This document shows, piece after piece, positions 18,861 through 27,737 of a stretch of DNA of 37,413 nt. The DNA is taken from contig JABCSY010000034.1 of the NCBI GenBank assembly GCA_018238625.1, positions 1-37,413 on the forward strand, read 5' to 3'. Both the position numbers and the translations under genes were made by a program. Source of the stretch: Promethearchaeota archaeon (GTDB taxonomy: Archaea > Asgardarchaeota > Lokiarchaeia > Sigyniarchaeales > SOKP01). The stretch's first letter is position 1. Every line of letters starts with the position of its first letter. Under the pieces are notes generated by a model. It was not told where the DNA came from, did no database searches, and saw only the letters and a program-made list of their open reading frames with translations.

Positions 18861-20093
18861 TTACACCTCATATTTCCTTCTTTGAAATATTATAAAGGAT
18901 GCAATTACAAGAAAAACGCTAACGCCTAATAAAGTAAAAAAGTCAAAACCAAATATTGATTTTCCCTTAGTAATTATTCCTGTTATTAACGGACTTCCAT
19001 GCGATAAAGGAAGCGCATATGCCATTATTTGTAAGTAAATCGGCATGGCATCAATAGGAATAAATATTCCACTTAGAAGAAGTAAAACTAGAAAAGTAGC
19101 ATAAAATAATTGATTTGCTTGAGTTTTAGTTTTGCTTAATGTGCTAATAAAAATACCCATAGCAAGGCCGGTAAATCCTAAAATAAATAATGCGAGGAAT
19201 AAATCGAACACTGACCCTACTACATATAACCCAAATACTAAAGCACTAATAACAAGTGAAAGATCTTGAATAATCACAATGCTTATATAAGTGATATATT
19301 TTGCAGATAGAATCTCAGCCCTTTGAACGGGAGTAAGCAATAATCTCGCAATTTGATTTTCTTGAACTATTGTTAAAATTGTTGAGACCATCCCAACTCC
19401 TATAACCATAAAAGAGAGAAGAAGTACCATGGCATAATTAAATCTAAAGTTATAGCCTTCAGGAATTGAAAATTCTTCAAAACCACTAACTTCAAATTGA
19501 GGGGTCAAATTATTTTGGTTAACAAAAATTTTAATAGAATCGTAAACAGCATTTAAATTTTCTTGAATTTTTAAAAAATCTGATGAATCTGATATACATT
19601 CTATTAAACCCGGATACCCAAAGATTAACAATTCAGAAAAGTCAACTGGAATTGCGATAATAACCTTAATTTTCTTTGAATTTAAATAATTTCTAGCCGT
19701 TTCCATCGCATAAATCTCTTCAGAAGCGTTAAAAAATTGTATAAGGTTTAATAAATTCGAACTGTTTACAGCCTCAACATAATTTATACTGTAATCATCT
19801 ATTTTTGTTTCCGTAAAATTATTTTCGTTAATATATGTGTTAGAATCATAGGAAATTACAACGCAATCTATAGGGTTGGAAGTAGTACTTCCAATGTTAG
19901 TGGTTACTCCTAATAAAGCAACTACAAGAGGAGGTATAATTAGTGCTATAAAAATATTGAATTTGTCAGTCCATAAAAGTTGAAATTCTTTCTTAGTTTG
20001 TCTAAGTAATCGAATTATACTTTTTTTAAAATTTAGTATTTTCGATCTAACTTCTTTAGACGATTTATCGTTGATTTGGTTGCTCCGTTTAAT
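18861..20093 (-). CDS. ABC-2 type permease (about 410 aa; N-terminus extends well beyond the ORF-track call)
   Basis: The frame is open from 20096 to ATG 19706 and encodes TKKEFQLLWTDKFNIFIALIIPPLVVALLG, matching IKKEFGRIKSDKRTLILLFAIP of the upstream permease; RLLLTPV, LSGIFIPIDAMP, LPLSHG. Confidence 0.85.
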   Translation of the reverse strand: MKRSNQINDKSSKEVRSKILNFKKSIIRLLRQTKKEFQLLWTDKFNIFIALIIPPLVVALLGVTTNIGSTTSNPIDCVVISYDSNTYINENNFTETKIDDYSINYVEAVNSSNLLNLIQFFNASEEIYAMETARNYLNSKKIKVIIAIPVDFSELLIFGYPGLIECISDSSDFLKIQENLNAVYDSIKIFVNQNNLTPQFEVSGFEEFSIPEGYNFRFNYAMVLLLSFMVIGVGMVSTILTIVQENQIARLLLTPVQRAEILSAKYITYISIVIIQDLSLVISALVFGLYVVGSVFDLFLALFILGFTGLAMGIFISTLSKTKTQANQLFYATFLVLLLLSGIFIPIDAMPIYLQIMAYALPLSHGSPLITGIITKGKSIFGFDFFTLLGVSVFLVIASFIIFQRRKYEV

Positions 20094-20096
20094 TCT

Positions 20097-21248
20097 TCAC
20101 ACCTCCACTTTTTTAAACTTATATGCGATATAAGCACTTAATAGAAAAACAAATGAAATTAAAAGAAGAGATAATGTGTGTTCTAAATTTAACGATAAAC
20201 CCCTTAAAGTTATATCCGTTATGAGGACTGAAGCGTGGCTTAAAGGAAGCATATCTGAAAGAAATCGCGCACTCCCCAAAGATTCAGGTGGTAAAACAGT
20301 TCCTGAAAAAATTATGATAATTATAAATAGCATCATGTACATTTGATTAGCTCCTTGTTCTGTTGGGCTAATTGCAGAGATAAATAAACCAATAGTTATC
20401 CCGCTAAAACCAATCATTAATAGAACTAGGTAAAAATTAAATAACGAGCCTAAACTATATAAACCAAAAAATGATGTCAATACGAATATTTCTGTAGCTT
20501 GCAATATCATTATTATAGCGTTTGCAATTAGTTTGCTAAGGATTACATCTCTTTTTTCAGTAGGCGTAATAAGCATTCGCGGAAGTGGAGCCTCAGAAAC
20601 AATTGTTAAAGATGTTAAATTCATCGTAGTTCCAATTATCATCATTGGTAAAACCAGAGCCAATGTGTAGTTGAGCAATTGAGATTCCCACGAAGGTACT
20701 CCAAATTCAAGGTGAGGGACCATTATTGTAAAATTTTCCAGCATATTAATTTCAACGCGAAAAAGAGCGAGAGGTTCTTGGAGAGCTACCTCAATTGCAC
20801 CAACAGCCATTAGATCAGATCCATCAATATAATAGATTAATATAGGATTAATTTTATTTGCTACAGATTCTGAGAAATTTTGAGGGAGCACAATAAAAAC
20901 ATCTATTACTTCATTTTTTAATAAATTAAAACATCGATCAAATGCTTCGTTATATTCTCCACTATTAGTACTATTATAGTATCGGTAAAGATCCCATGTT
21001 GTGGTATTTTGTTCCATTATCGAGATAAAAATATCATCGTATTGAGAAGAATTTGACGGGAAATTATCGTAAGTGGGCATTTCATCGAGAGTTATAATCG
21101 CAGAGGTAAAGAATTTTATAGGGCCAACACCCGTAGTAAGCCCAAAAATGACAATTAATATTATTGGTATTGCAAATAACAGAATTAAAGTTCTTTTATC
21201 AGATTTAATTCTACCAAATTCTTTTTTTATTAATCCGCCTATGTTCAT
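20097..21248 (-). CDS. ABC-2 type permease
   Basis: N-terminal TM, extracellular loop, further TMs; RMLITPT...ILSKL, FSGTVLPP, LPLSHA. Confidence 0.92.
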   Translation of the reverse strand: MNIGGLIKKEFGRIKSDKRTLILLFAIPIILIVIFGLTTGVGPIKFFTSAIITLDEMPTYDNFPSNSSQYDDIFISIMEQNTTTWDLYRYYNSTNSGEYNEAFDRCFNLLKNEVIDVFIVLPQNFSESVANKINPILIYYIDGSDLMAVGAIEVALQEPLALFRVEINMLENFTIMVPHLEFGVPSWESQLLNYTLALVLPMMIIGTTMNLTSLTIVSEAPLPRMLITPTEKRDVILSKLIANAIIMILQATEIFVLTSFFGLYSLGSLFNFYLVLLMIGFSGITIGLFISAISPTEQGANQMYMMLFIIIIIFSGTVLPPESLGSARFLSDMLPLSHASVLITDITLRGLSLNLEHTLSLLLISFVFLLSAYIAYKFKKVEV

Positions 21249-21273
21249 TATGTTAAGCTCTTATAAGAAGTAT

Positions 21274-21281
21274 TCTATAAA
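21274..21281 (-). promoter_or_regulatory. Candidate archaeal TATA box for the ABC operon
   Basis: TTTATAGA 26-33 nt upstream of ATG 21248, consistent with a leaderless transcript; weak evidence in AT-rich DNA. Confidence 0.3.
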
Positions 21282-21344
21282 TTTGAAGATTTGAAAAATA
21301 ATAAATGTTTGTTTAATGATATTTAGGCGAATTTTCTTAAAAAT

Positions 21345-21908
21345 TTACTGCATAGTTTTGTCAACTGTTTGAAAAAATTTATGATCCGAAACTGGTGTTA
21401 ATTCATTCATTTTCAAAAGAGACCTTCTTTTTTTGTCTTTAACAATAAATTTTTGAAATATTTCATTGTTATCGCTAATAAATTCCCAAAATTCTTCGTA
21501 AATATCTTGTAATGTTCTATGATTTTTTCTATTATAGCTCTCTTCGATTTTTTTTGTTTCTTTTTTAGTATCTGGCATTTTTGGCATGTTTTTGATAGAA
21601 TTTTCCTTTGATACTGAAGATTTGTATAGTTTTAAACTATTTACAAAACTTTCTTCGTAATTATGTCTTAGATTTTTCTTCTTTTTGTCATTCTCTAATT
21701 GAAAATCAACTTTTTGATATCCCCGTATTTTAAAATTTTTGTCTATAAATAATTGGAAGTGATGTTGACAAATTTCACCTTTAGGTACAGAGACGGTTGT
21801 TAGTTGAGAAGCTTGGTTAATTACGGACTTAGGAATCCGTACCGTGTTCTGTGCTTTACACACAGGACAAATAACTTGAACATATCTATTAACTGTTATA
21901 GCTTCCAT
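21345..21908 (-). CDS. Hypothetical Zn-binding protein of a Lokiarchaeia-type family
   Basis: CPVC...ICQHHFQLFIDKNFKIRGYQKVDF motif, recalled as common in lokiarchaeal proteomes. Confidence 0.7.
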   Translation of the reverse strand: MEAITVNRYVQVICPVCKAQNTVRIPKSVINQASQLTTVSVPKGEICQHHFQLFIDKNFKIRGYQKVDFQLENDKKKKNLRHNYEESFVNSLKLYKSSVSKENSIKNMPKMPDTKKETKKIEESYNRKNHRTLQDIYEEFWEFISDNNEIFQKFIVKDKKRRSLLKMNELTPVSDHKFFQTVDKTMQ

Positions 21909-22076
21909 ACAATTTTTAAAAAATAGATTAATTTTATCGTCTTACAATTTATCTACATCTTAGAATATAAATACCCCTAATTTCGAAAACAATATAGATT
22001 CAACCTTCAAAACTAAATTTTAAGTTCAATAAATAATAATCTTTTGTATATTCTTTTCAAAGGGATAAATTAAATT

Positions 22077-23489
22077 ATGAGCGATCAAATAGCTGATATG
22101 GATGTTTTCTTTAATCCTAAATCCATTGCTATTATAGGAGCTTCAGATACTTTCAAATTTGGTTATACTATGACAAAATATTTATTGGATTCGAATTTTA
22201 TGACATATCCCGTAAATATAAGTAAAGATATTATTTTTGGTCATAAAGTGTTCAAAAATATTAATGATATACCAGATGATATCGAATTAGCAATTGTCGT
22301 AGTTAATAATGAAAGTGTGCTTCAAATCGTGAAGGATTCTGTTAAAAAAGGAGTTAAAGGAATAATTATAGAAACAGCGGGCTTTTCTGAAACGGGTATT
22401 GAAAAATTTATTAAAATCCAAGAAGAAATAGAGGTAATTGCTAAAAATTCGAATGTAAGAATAATTGGCCCTAATTGTGTAGGTGTTACTAATTTCAATA
22501 ATAAATTTACAACTACAGAAATAGATTTTAACCAATCTATTGAAGGGGGCACTATTTCTATTATCGCGCAATCAGGTGTGTTAGGGAATATATTTGTTGA
22601 ATGGTCAGCAAGTCAGAAAATTGGTTTTTCGAAAACTATAACTCTTGGAAATAAAGTAGATGTTGACGAAATTGATATGCTGGAATATCTCGAGAAAGAT
22701 ACTAATACTAATGTGATAACAGTTTATTTAGAAGGCGTGAAACGAGGACCAAAGTTAATAGAAACATTAAGAAAATTGACTAAACCCGTTATAATTCTAA
22801 AAAATGGGCGTAGCGAAATTGGTTCTAGAGCGATAAAGAGTCACACTGGCTCTATTGCTGGAGACGATAAAATTTACGAAACGATTTTCAAACAATATTC
22901 TGGTATTTATCGCGTAAATAATTTTTACGAGATGTTTGATATAGCTCAAGTATTTGCTACTCAACCCTTACCTAAAGGAAAGAACATCGCAATAATTACA
23001 TCTTCTGGAAGTTTAGGAATATTAGCCTGCGATGAAATTGAAAGATTGGGTTTAAAACTTGCAGTTTTAAATGAGTCTACCATCCAAGAGATGAGATCTA
23101 TCTCACCCAATTGGACTTCCTTGAAGAATCCTGTCGACTTGGGACCTTCTATATTTATGACATTTAGTAAATCGTTAAAAGCGATACTAAACGATGAGAA
23201 TGTCGATGCCTTATTACACATTTTCGCTGTCCCTCAAAAACCTTTAGAAACCTTTTCTATACCTATAACTCCACACTTGAAGGAAATGAGAAATCTTTCA
23301 ACCAAGCTTAATAAACCCGTTATTACTTGCGTTTTTGGTTCCCGCTGGGTTCTTGAATATTTTTTAAAACATTCGCATAAATATAATGTTCCAATAATGA
23401 CTCAGATAAGCCACGCAATAAAGGCGTTCAAATTTATGTATGATTTTAGTAAATCAAATAAAATTGCGAATAGTAATACCGAAATTTAA
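22077..23489 (+). CDS. acdA: Acyl-CoA synthetase (NDP-forming), alpha subunit
   Basis: FFNPKSIAIIGAS, IIGPNCVG, AQSG, LGNKVDV, phospho-His SHTGSIAG, NPVDLG. Confidence 0.88.
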   Translation: MSDQIADMDVFFNPKSIAIIGASDTFKFGYTMTKYLLDSNFMTYPVNISKDIIFGHKVFKNINDIPDDIELAIVVVNNESVLQIVKDSVKKGVKGIIIETAGFSETGIEKFIKIQEEIEVIAKNSNVRIIGPNCVGVTNFNNKFTTTEIDFNQSIEGGTISIIAQSGVLGNIFVEWSASQKIGFSKTITLGNKVDVDEIDMLEYLEKDTNTNVITVYLEGVKRGPKLIETLRKLTKPVIILKNGRSEIGSRAIKSHTGSIAGDDKIYETIFKQYSGIYRVNNFYEMFDIAQVFATQPLPKGKNIAIITSSGSLGILACDEIERLGLKLAVLNESTIQEMRSISPNWTSLKNPVDLGPSIFMTFSKSLKAILNDENVDALLHIFAVPQKPLETFSIPITPHLKEMRNLSTKLNKPVITCVFGSRWVLEYFLKHSHKYNVPIMTQISHAIKAFKFMYDFSKSNKIANSNTEI

Positions 23490-23541
23490 CATTTATTAAT
23501 ATCTTTCAATTATTTTTTTTAAAAAATAAATCTAAAAACTG

Positions 23542-23571
23542 GACTCCAAATTTTTTATAATCGACTCCAAA
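23542..23571. promoter_or_regulatory. Tandem direct repeat GACTCCAAA x2, possible transcription-factor site
   Basis: Copies at 23542-23550 and 23563-23571 (21-bp period) flanking TTTTTTATAA, upstream of 23626. Confidence 0.35.
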
Positions 23572-23625
23572 CTCCTTTTAATTAAAAATAAAACATTAAA
23601 TACAATAGTCAAAAGGTGGTAATAA

Positions 23626-24147
23626 GTGAATAATAATTGGAACCAAATTTCGGAACAAGCTTTATTATATTGGGAAGAATTTATGACATGGTTTTTAAGT
23701 ATGCCTATCCCTGCTCAAGTTTTAATCATAATTGGAACTATAGCGTCGTTAATTCTCGCAGTAGTTATAGTATATTTTGTGTTAAAAGGAGTCGGTTATT
23801 TAATTTATTACATATTAAAAGGGGTTTATCTTCTATTAAAGGGTATTTTTGAAGGCTTATACAAATTATTTGAAGAAATATATTATGATGTTTCTGGAAA
23901 ACCTAAGCCTGTTAAGAAAGCTTCTATTAGCGAAGAACAAAAAGATGATCAGCCCCAAACTTATGTAGAACCTGAGATCATTAACCCCGTACTAAAAAAA
24001 GTTGAAATTGTACAGCCTAATGCCGTATACTGTAGTGAATGTGGAAGTCAATATACTGAAAAAATGCTTGAACAATTAACTGAAAACGGAATTGCTTTCT
24101 GCGTTTACTGTGGAAAGGGATATAAAGTTAATTTAGTAGAAGCGTAG
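23626..24147 (+). CDS. Membrane protein with C-terminal zinc ribbon
   Basis: Hydrophobic N-terminal half with LKGxxxLxxx repeats; CSECG...CVYCG. Confidence 0.75.
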   Translation: MNNNWNQISEQALLYWEEFMTWFLSMPIPAQVLIIIGTIASLILAVVIVYFVLKGVGYLIYYILKGVYLLLKGIFEGLYKLFEEIYYDVSGKPKPVKKASISEEQKDDQPQTYVEPEIINPVLKKVEIVQPNAVYCSECGSQYTEKMLEQLTENGIAFCVYCGKGYKVNLVEA

Positions 24148-25029
24148 CATTACAAAATTATTTAATTTTTTTTCATAAAGAACAACAGCTACAGGTTCAT
24201 CTTCCCAAGAGGGATCTTTAAACCCTAATTCTTTTACATACTTTACTACTTCAGCTTTACAATAAAGCTCAACTACATCGATCCAGTCCTTATCAATTTC
24301 GAAACCTAATGTATAAGATATTAGTTTACAAGAGGCAATTGGATCACCGTAAACTATAATCCATATTTCTTTTTCGCTCGGTTTTTCTGGTTGAGCTCGA
24401 CTTCTCATGTCTATTTTTTGTAAAATTGCTTCAGAATTAGTTAACCACACAGAATTTTTGTCTTCTAAATTTGATAATGGAATATACGACCACCCGATAT
24501 TTAATTCATCTCCAGGACCAATATCCATTTTTTTATAAATTCTTTTTGCCTCTTCGTTTGTTATTTTCCGTATTTGAGAAAAATCACTTTTACTTTGTTT
24601 TAACTCTCTTATTTTACATTCTAAGACTTCCATCCTTTTTTTCTCTTTAAATCCGTGAAATTTTGCTAAAGATTTCGACCCAAAATTTCTAGAAGATGTA
24701 TCGTATTGAGCAACCTTAGCGCCCGCTTGAATCGCGTAATCTATTGCATACTTCATTAGATCACGACCTATTCCTTGTTTTTGATGAGTTATCTTCACTC
24801 GGCCACCCTCTAACCAAGCTACCCCATTAGAAAACATTTTTACTCTTCCAAATCCAATTAATTCCTTCATTTCTTTTTCAAGAAAAGCTCCATAAACCAA
24901 CTTATCATCTTCATTTAACCACCTTTTTATCACATCGGGAATGTAATCATCTCCTTCCCATATATCCTTACTTATATCTAAGATTGCTGGTATATCTTTT
25001 TCTGTTAAATCTCGGAAGAATAATTTCAT
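24133..25029 (-). CDS. GNAT family N-acetyltransferase
   Basis: WLEGGRVKITHQKQGIGRDL acetyl-CoA motif A; NFGSKSLAKFHGF. Confidence 0.88.
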   Translation of the reverse strand: MKLFFRDLTEKDIPAILDISKDIWEGDDYIPDVIKRWLNEDDKLVYGAFLEKEMKELIGFGRVKMFSNGVAWLEGGRVKITHQKQGIGRDLMKYAIDYAIQAGAKVAQYDTSSRNFGSKSLAKFHGFKEKKRMEVLECKIRELKQSKSDFSQIRKITNEEAKRIYKKMDIGPGDELNIGWSYIPLSNLEDKNSVWLTNSEAILQKIDMRSRAQPEKPSEKEIWIIVYGDPIASCKLISYTLGFEIDKDWIDVVELYCKAEVVKYVKELGFKDPSWEDEPVAVVLYEKKLNNFVMLRFY

Positions 25030-25080
25030 AATATCAACTTAAAAAAACAAATTGTTTATATTAAAATAATACGAGCGTAT

Positions 25081-25671
25081 TTAAGAAAGTTTTTTGTATA
25101 AGTTATAATATATTACAAAGACTAAGCTAAAATGAACTATAATACACGCAAATATGCCTAATGTAAAAAGGAGATAAGCGTTATAGATTCCTAAAAGAAA
25201 CGAAAATATAAGATAAGAAATCAGGATTTTTAAGTCTTTAAATCTAAACCATGTATGAATGTGATATAGCGAAAAAATTAAACTTGAAATCATAATTGTT
25301 GAAATTAATTCTAAATTTAGATGGTTTAATAAAAACCCTATAAGATAGTAACGAAAAATTAATTCCTCCATTATCATAGTCAACGGAAAAAAGACGAGTA
25401 AAACTATTTTACCTTCTTCGTTCAAAAAAGCCCTGATAACATCGTGTTGTTTCATTTTTTCTTTACTTTTTTTACCATACAAAAATTTTTCCATCACTTT
25501 TCCTAATACTAAAAGAAGCACAAGCCCTATCAATAAAAATAACAAAATCTCTAAGTTAATTTCGCTTACGGTGAGAAAATCGGCGTAAATTCCAAAAAAT
25601 ATTGGAATAATTAAAACTATAACTATTGAAATTATAGCTAAATACTTTTTTCCCAATTTCAATTCTTTCAA
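25081..25671 (-). CDS. CPBP family intramembrane glutamic protease (type II CAAX protease/Abi/Rce1-like)
   Basis: MEELIFRYY, IFSLYHIH and IIVHF motifs; multiple TMs. Confidence 0.88.
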   Translation of the reverse strand: MKELKLGKKYLAIISIVIVLIIPIFFGIYADFLTVSEINLEILLFLLIGLVLLLVLGKVMEKFLYGKKSKEKMKQHDVIRAFLNEEGKIVLLVFFPLTMIMEELIFRYYLIGFLLNHLNLELISTIMISSLIFSLYHIHTWFRFKDLKILISYLIFSFLLGIYNAYLLFTLGIFACIIVHFSLVFVIYYNLYKKLS

Positions 25672-25772
25672 ACCAATCTTATGATGTTGAAAATAGTAAA
25701 TTGAATTACATTTAAGTAGTTGAAGCTATCTAATATATATTATTTTAATCCACAAAAATTAAGGTTTAAAAC

Positions 25773-27290
25773 TTGTCAGAATTGTTTCAAAAATTAGAAA
25801 ATATAGTCAAGGAGAAATATATCTCGAACAGCCTTTACGTAAGACACGCCTATTCGAGGAACGTAGACCCCGTATTGCAAGGAGTCCCCGACATCGTAAT
25901 TAGACCGAAAGATGCAAAAGAAATCTCTGAGATTTTAAAAGTTGCAAACGAGGAAAATGTCCCCGTTACTCCTCGTGGCGGTGGTGATTGTGAATTTGGC
26001 GGTAGTAAACCAATAGGAGATGGCGGCATTGTCTTGGATTTAAAACGTATGAACAATATAGTTAATTTAGATCAAGAAAATCTTATTGTTACAGTCGAAG
26101 CAGGAATCTCTTGGGCAAAATTAAACGAATACTTGTGTCATTTTGGATTATACACTGGATGTTTGGGCCCAGGCTCCGGGCTGACCGCGTCAGTAGGAGG
26201 GGGTATTTCGCATCAATCGGTAGGAGGTGGTGGAGGCGCAAAATACGGTTCGTGCACAAATCAATTAGTTTCTTTAGAAGTAGTTTTACCAACAGGCGAA
26301 ATTATTGAAACTGGCTCTCAAGCAAATAAGTTTTCAAAGTTTCCGTTTAATAGATTTGGAAACGGACCAGATTTAGCAAGCCTTTTTTGCGGCGATAACG
26401 GCATTCTTGGCGTGAAAACCCAAGCATCATTACAAATTTTTCCAAAACCTCCATTTGCGGATTATAAAACATTTCTCATGCCTCGAAAATCTGAAGAAAT
26501 ATCAGCAAAAATTTTTACAGAATTTAGGCTTAAAGGGATTGATGTTTACGATTCGATGTATTTTATGGATCTATTAGTAAGAGTGGGCACAGAAAAAGGA
26601 ATTTTTCCTTTATGGGAGAATTTAAAGAGAAAAAGGGGTACAATGTTTTACACAGTAGAAGCTAACTCAGAAAAAGAACTTGAAGAGAAAGTTAAACAGT
26701 TAGACAAGATTTTTCTACAAAATAAAGCAGAAGAATTAGGTCCTGAAATTGCAGATGGTAATATTGGGAAATGGCATTACGAGGAACAAGGGCACTGGCT
26801 AATTGCCCATAATTTATGGGGTTTAGTTCCTGGTTTCACAGCCTTAGACGCAGAATGCCACACGCCAATTACCGCATATCCAAAAATTTTGAAAGATGTT
26901 GAACTATGGGATATTGAACACTCCAAAGAAATGGAGCAGATTTTAGCGATTACGGGGATGCGGCCGATTTCCGGGGCAGGACCAATAATATTGATTGGAG
27001 ATCAGAATGTTGAACTAACTACTGGATTTACGAGCTTCGAAAGCTACATTGATGGGAAAAATTATGAAATTATTAAAGAGCTTAACCTAAAACTCTGGAA
27101 ATCTTTACTCGAAAGAATAACTAAACACGGAGTAACATGGTACATGCTAGGAGATATTCTAAGTAGACTATTGGTTGAAATTGGAGCGTTTCAGCCAGAG
27201 TACTTACAATTCTTGAAATCAATTAAAAAAACACTTGATCCGCGATTTATTTTAAGCAGAGGAAAATTTAATTTTTGGGGAGCAAAATAA
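25773..27290 (+). CDS. FAD-binding oxidoreductase (GlcD-like), paralog 1
   Basis: PDIVIRP, TPRGGG, LDLKRMN, VEAGISW, GDNGILGVKT, KKTLDPRFILSRGK. Confidence 0.92.
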   Translation: MSELFQKLENIVKEKYISNSLYVRHAYSRNVDPVLQGVPDIVIRPKDAKEISEILKVANEENVPVTPRGGGDCEFGGSKPIGDGGIVLDLKRMNNIVNLDQENLIVTVEAGISWAKLNEYLCHFGLYTGCLGPGSGLTASVGGGISHQSVGGGGGAKYGSCTNQLVSLEVVLPTGEIIETGSQANKFSKFPFNRFGNGPDLASLFCGDNGILGVKTQASLQIFPKPPFADYKTFLMPRKSEEISAKIFTEFRLKGIDVYDSMYFMDLLVRVGTEKGIFPLWENLKRKRGTMFYTVEANSEKELEEKVKQLDKIFLQNKAEELGPEIADGNIGKWHYEEQGHWLIAHNLWGLVPGFTALDAECHTPITAYPKILKDVELWDIEHSKEMEQILAITGMRPISGAGPIILIGDQNVELTTGFTSFESYIDGKNYEIIKELNLKLWKSLLERITKHGVTWYMLGDILSRLLVEIGAFQPEYLQFLKSIKKTLDPRFILSRGKFNFWGAK

Positions 27291-27323
27291 AAGCAAATAT
27301 CATTAGAAAAAGAAGTAAAAAAA

Positions 27324-27638
27324 ATGTTTAGTAAAAGGACTTATCTTGAAAATAACGAGGGAAATACAGTTAAAGTAAAAGGGAGAATTTCTGAAGTAAT
27401 CTGGCAACATATGACTGCTCTTATTAATTCTCATCCACACATGAATTATTTCGACTTAGCTGATAGTTATCAAATTATAGTTTATACTAAGGACCAGATT
27501 TCTTGTAAAGGTCAGATCGAAATAACTGGGAAAGTTACGAAGTTAGAGAGTGATTACAATAATCCTGAAGCTAAAATTAGCGATAAATTTGCTGAATATC
27601 ATATAATTGCAGATTCTTGGAAATGTATTGAAGAATAA
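27324..27638 (+). CDS. Small hypothetical protein, probable OB fold
   Basis: EGNTVKVKGRIS...IEITGKV...YHIIADSWKC beta-strand pattern. Confidence 0.6.
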   Translation: MFSKRTYLENNEGNTVKVKGRISEVIWQHMTALINSHPHMNYFDLADSYQIIVYTKDQISCKGQIEITGKVTKLESDYNNPEAKISDKFAEYHIIADSWKCIEE

Positions 27639-27737
27639 TTAAAAAATGAGAAAGTTTGAAAATAAAATAAAGATTTAAGTAATTTATAGAGTCTATTATA
27701 AAATGTTTTTATTAAATTGTCAAGAGGTTTAAGAAAA

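Noticed and set aside
18861-19706. Second permease as a truncated 281-aa protein or pseudogene
   Set aside because: The upstream frame is intact and homologous to permease 1, so only the start call is at fault.
20097-20099. In-frame TGA between the permeases read as selenocysteine
   Set aside because: It falls at the natural C-terminus (KKVEV, matching RKYEV of the paralog), not at a Cys/redox site, and no convincing SECIS was seen.
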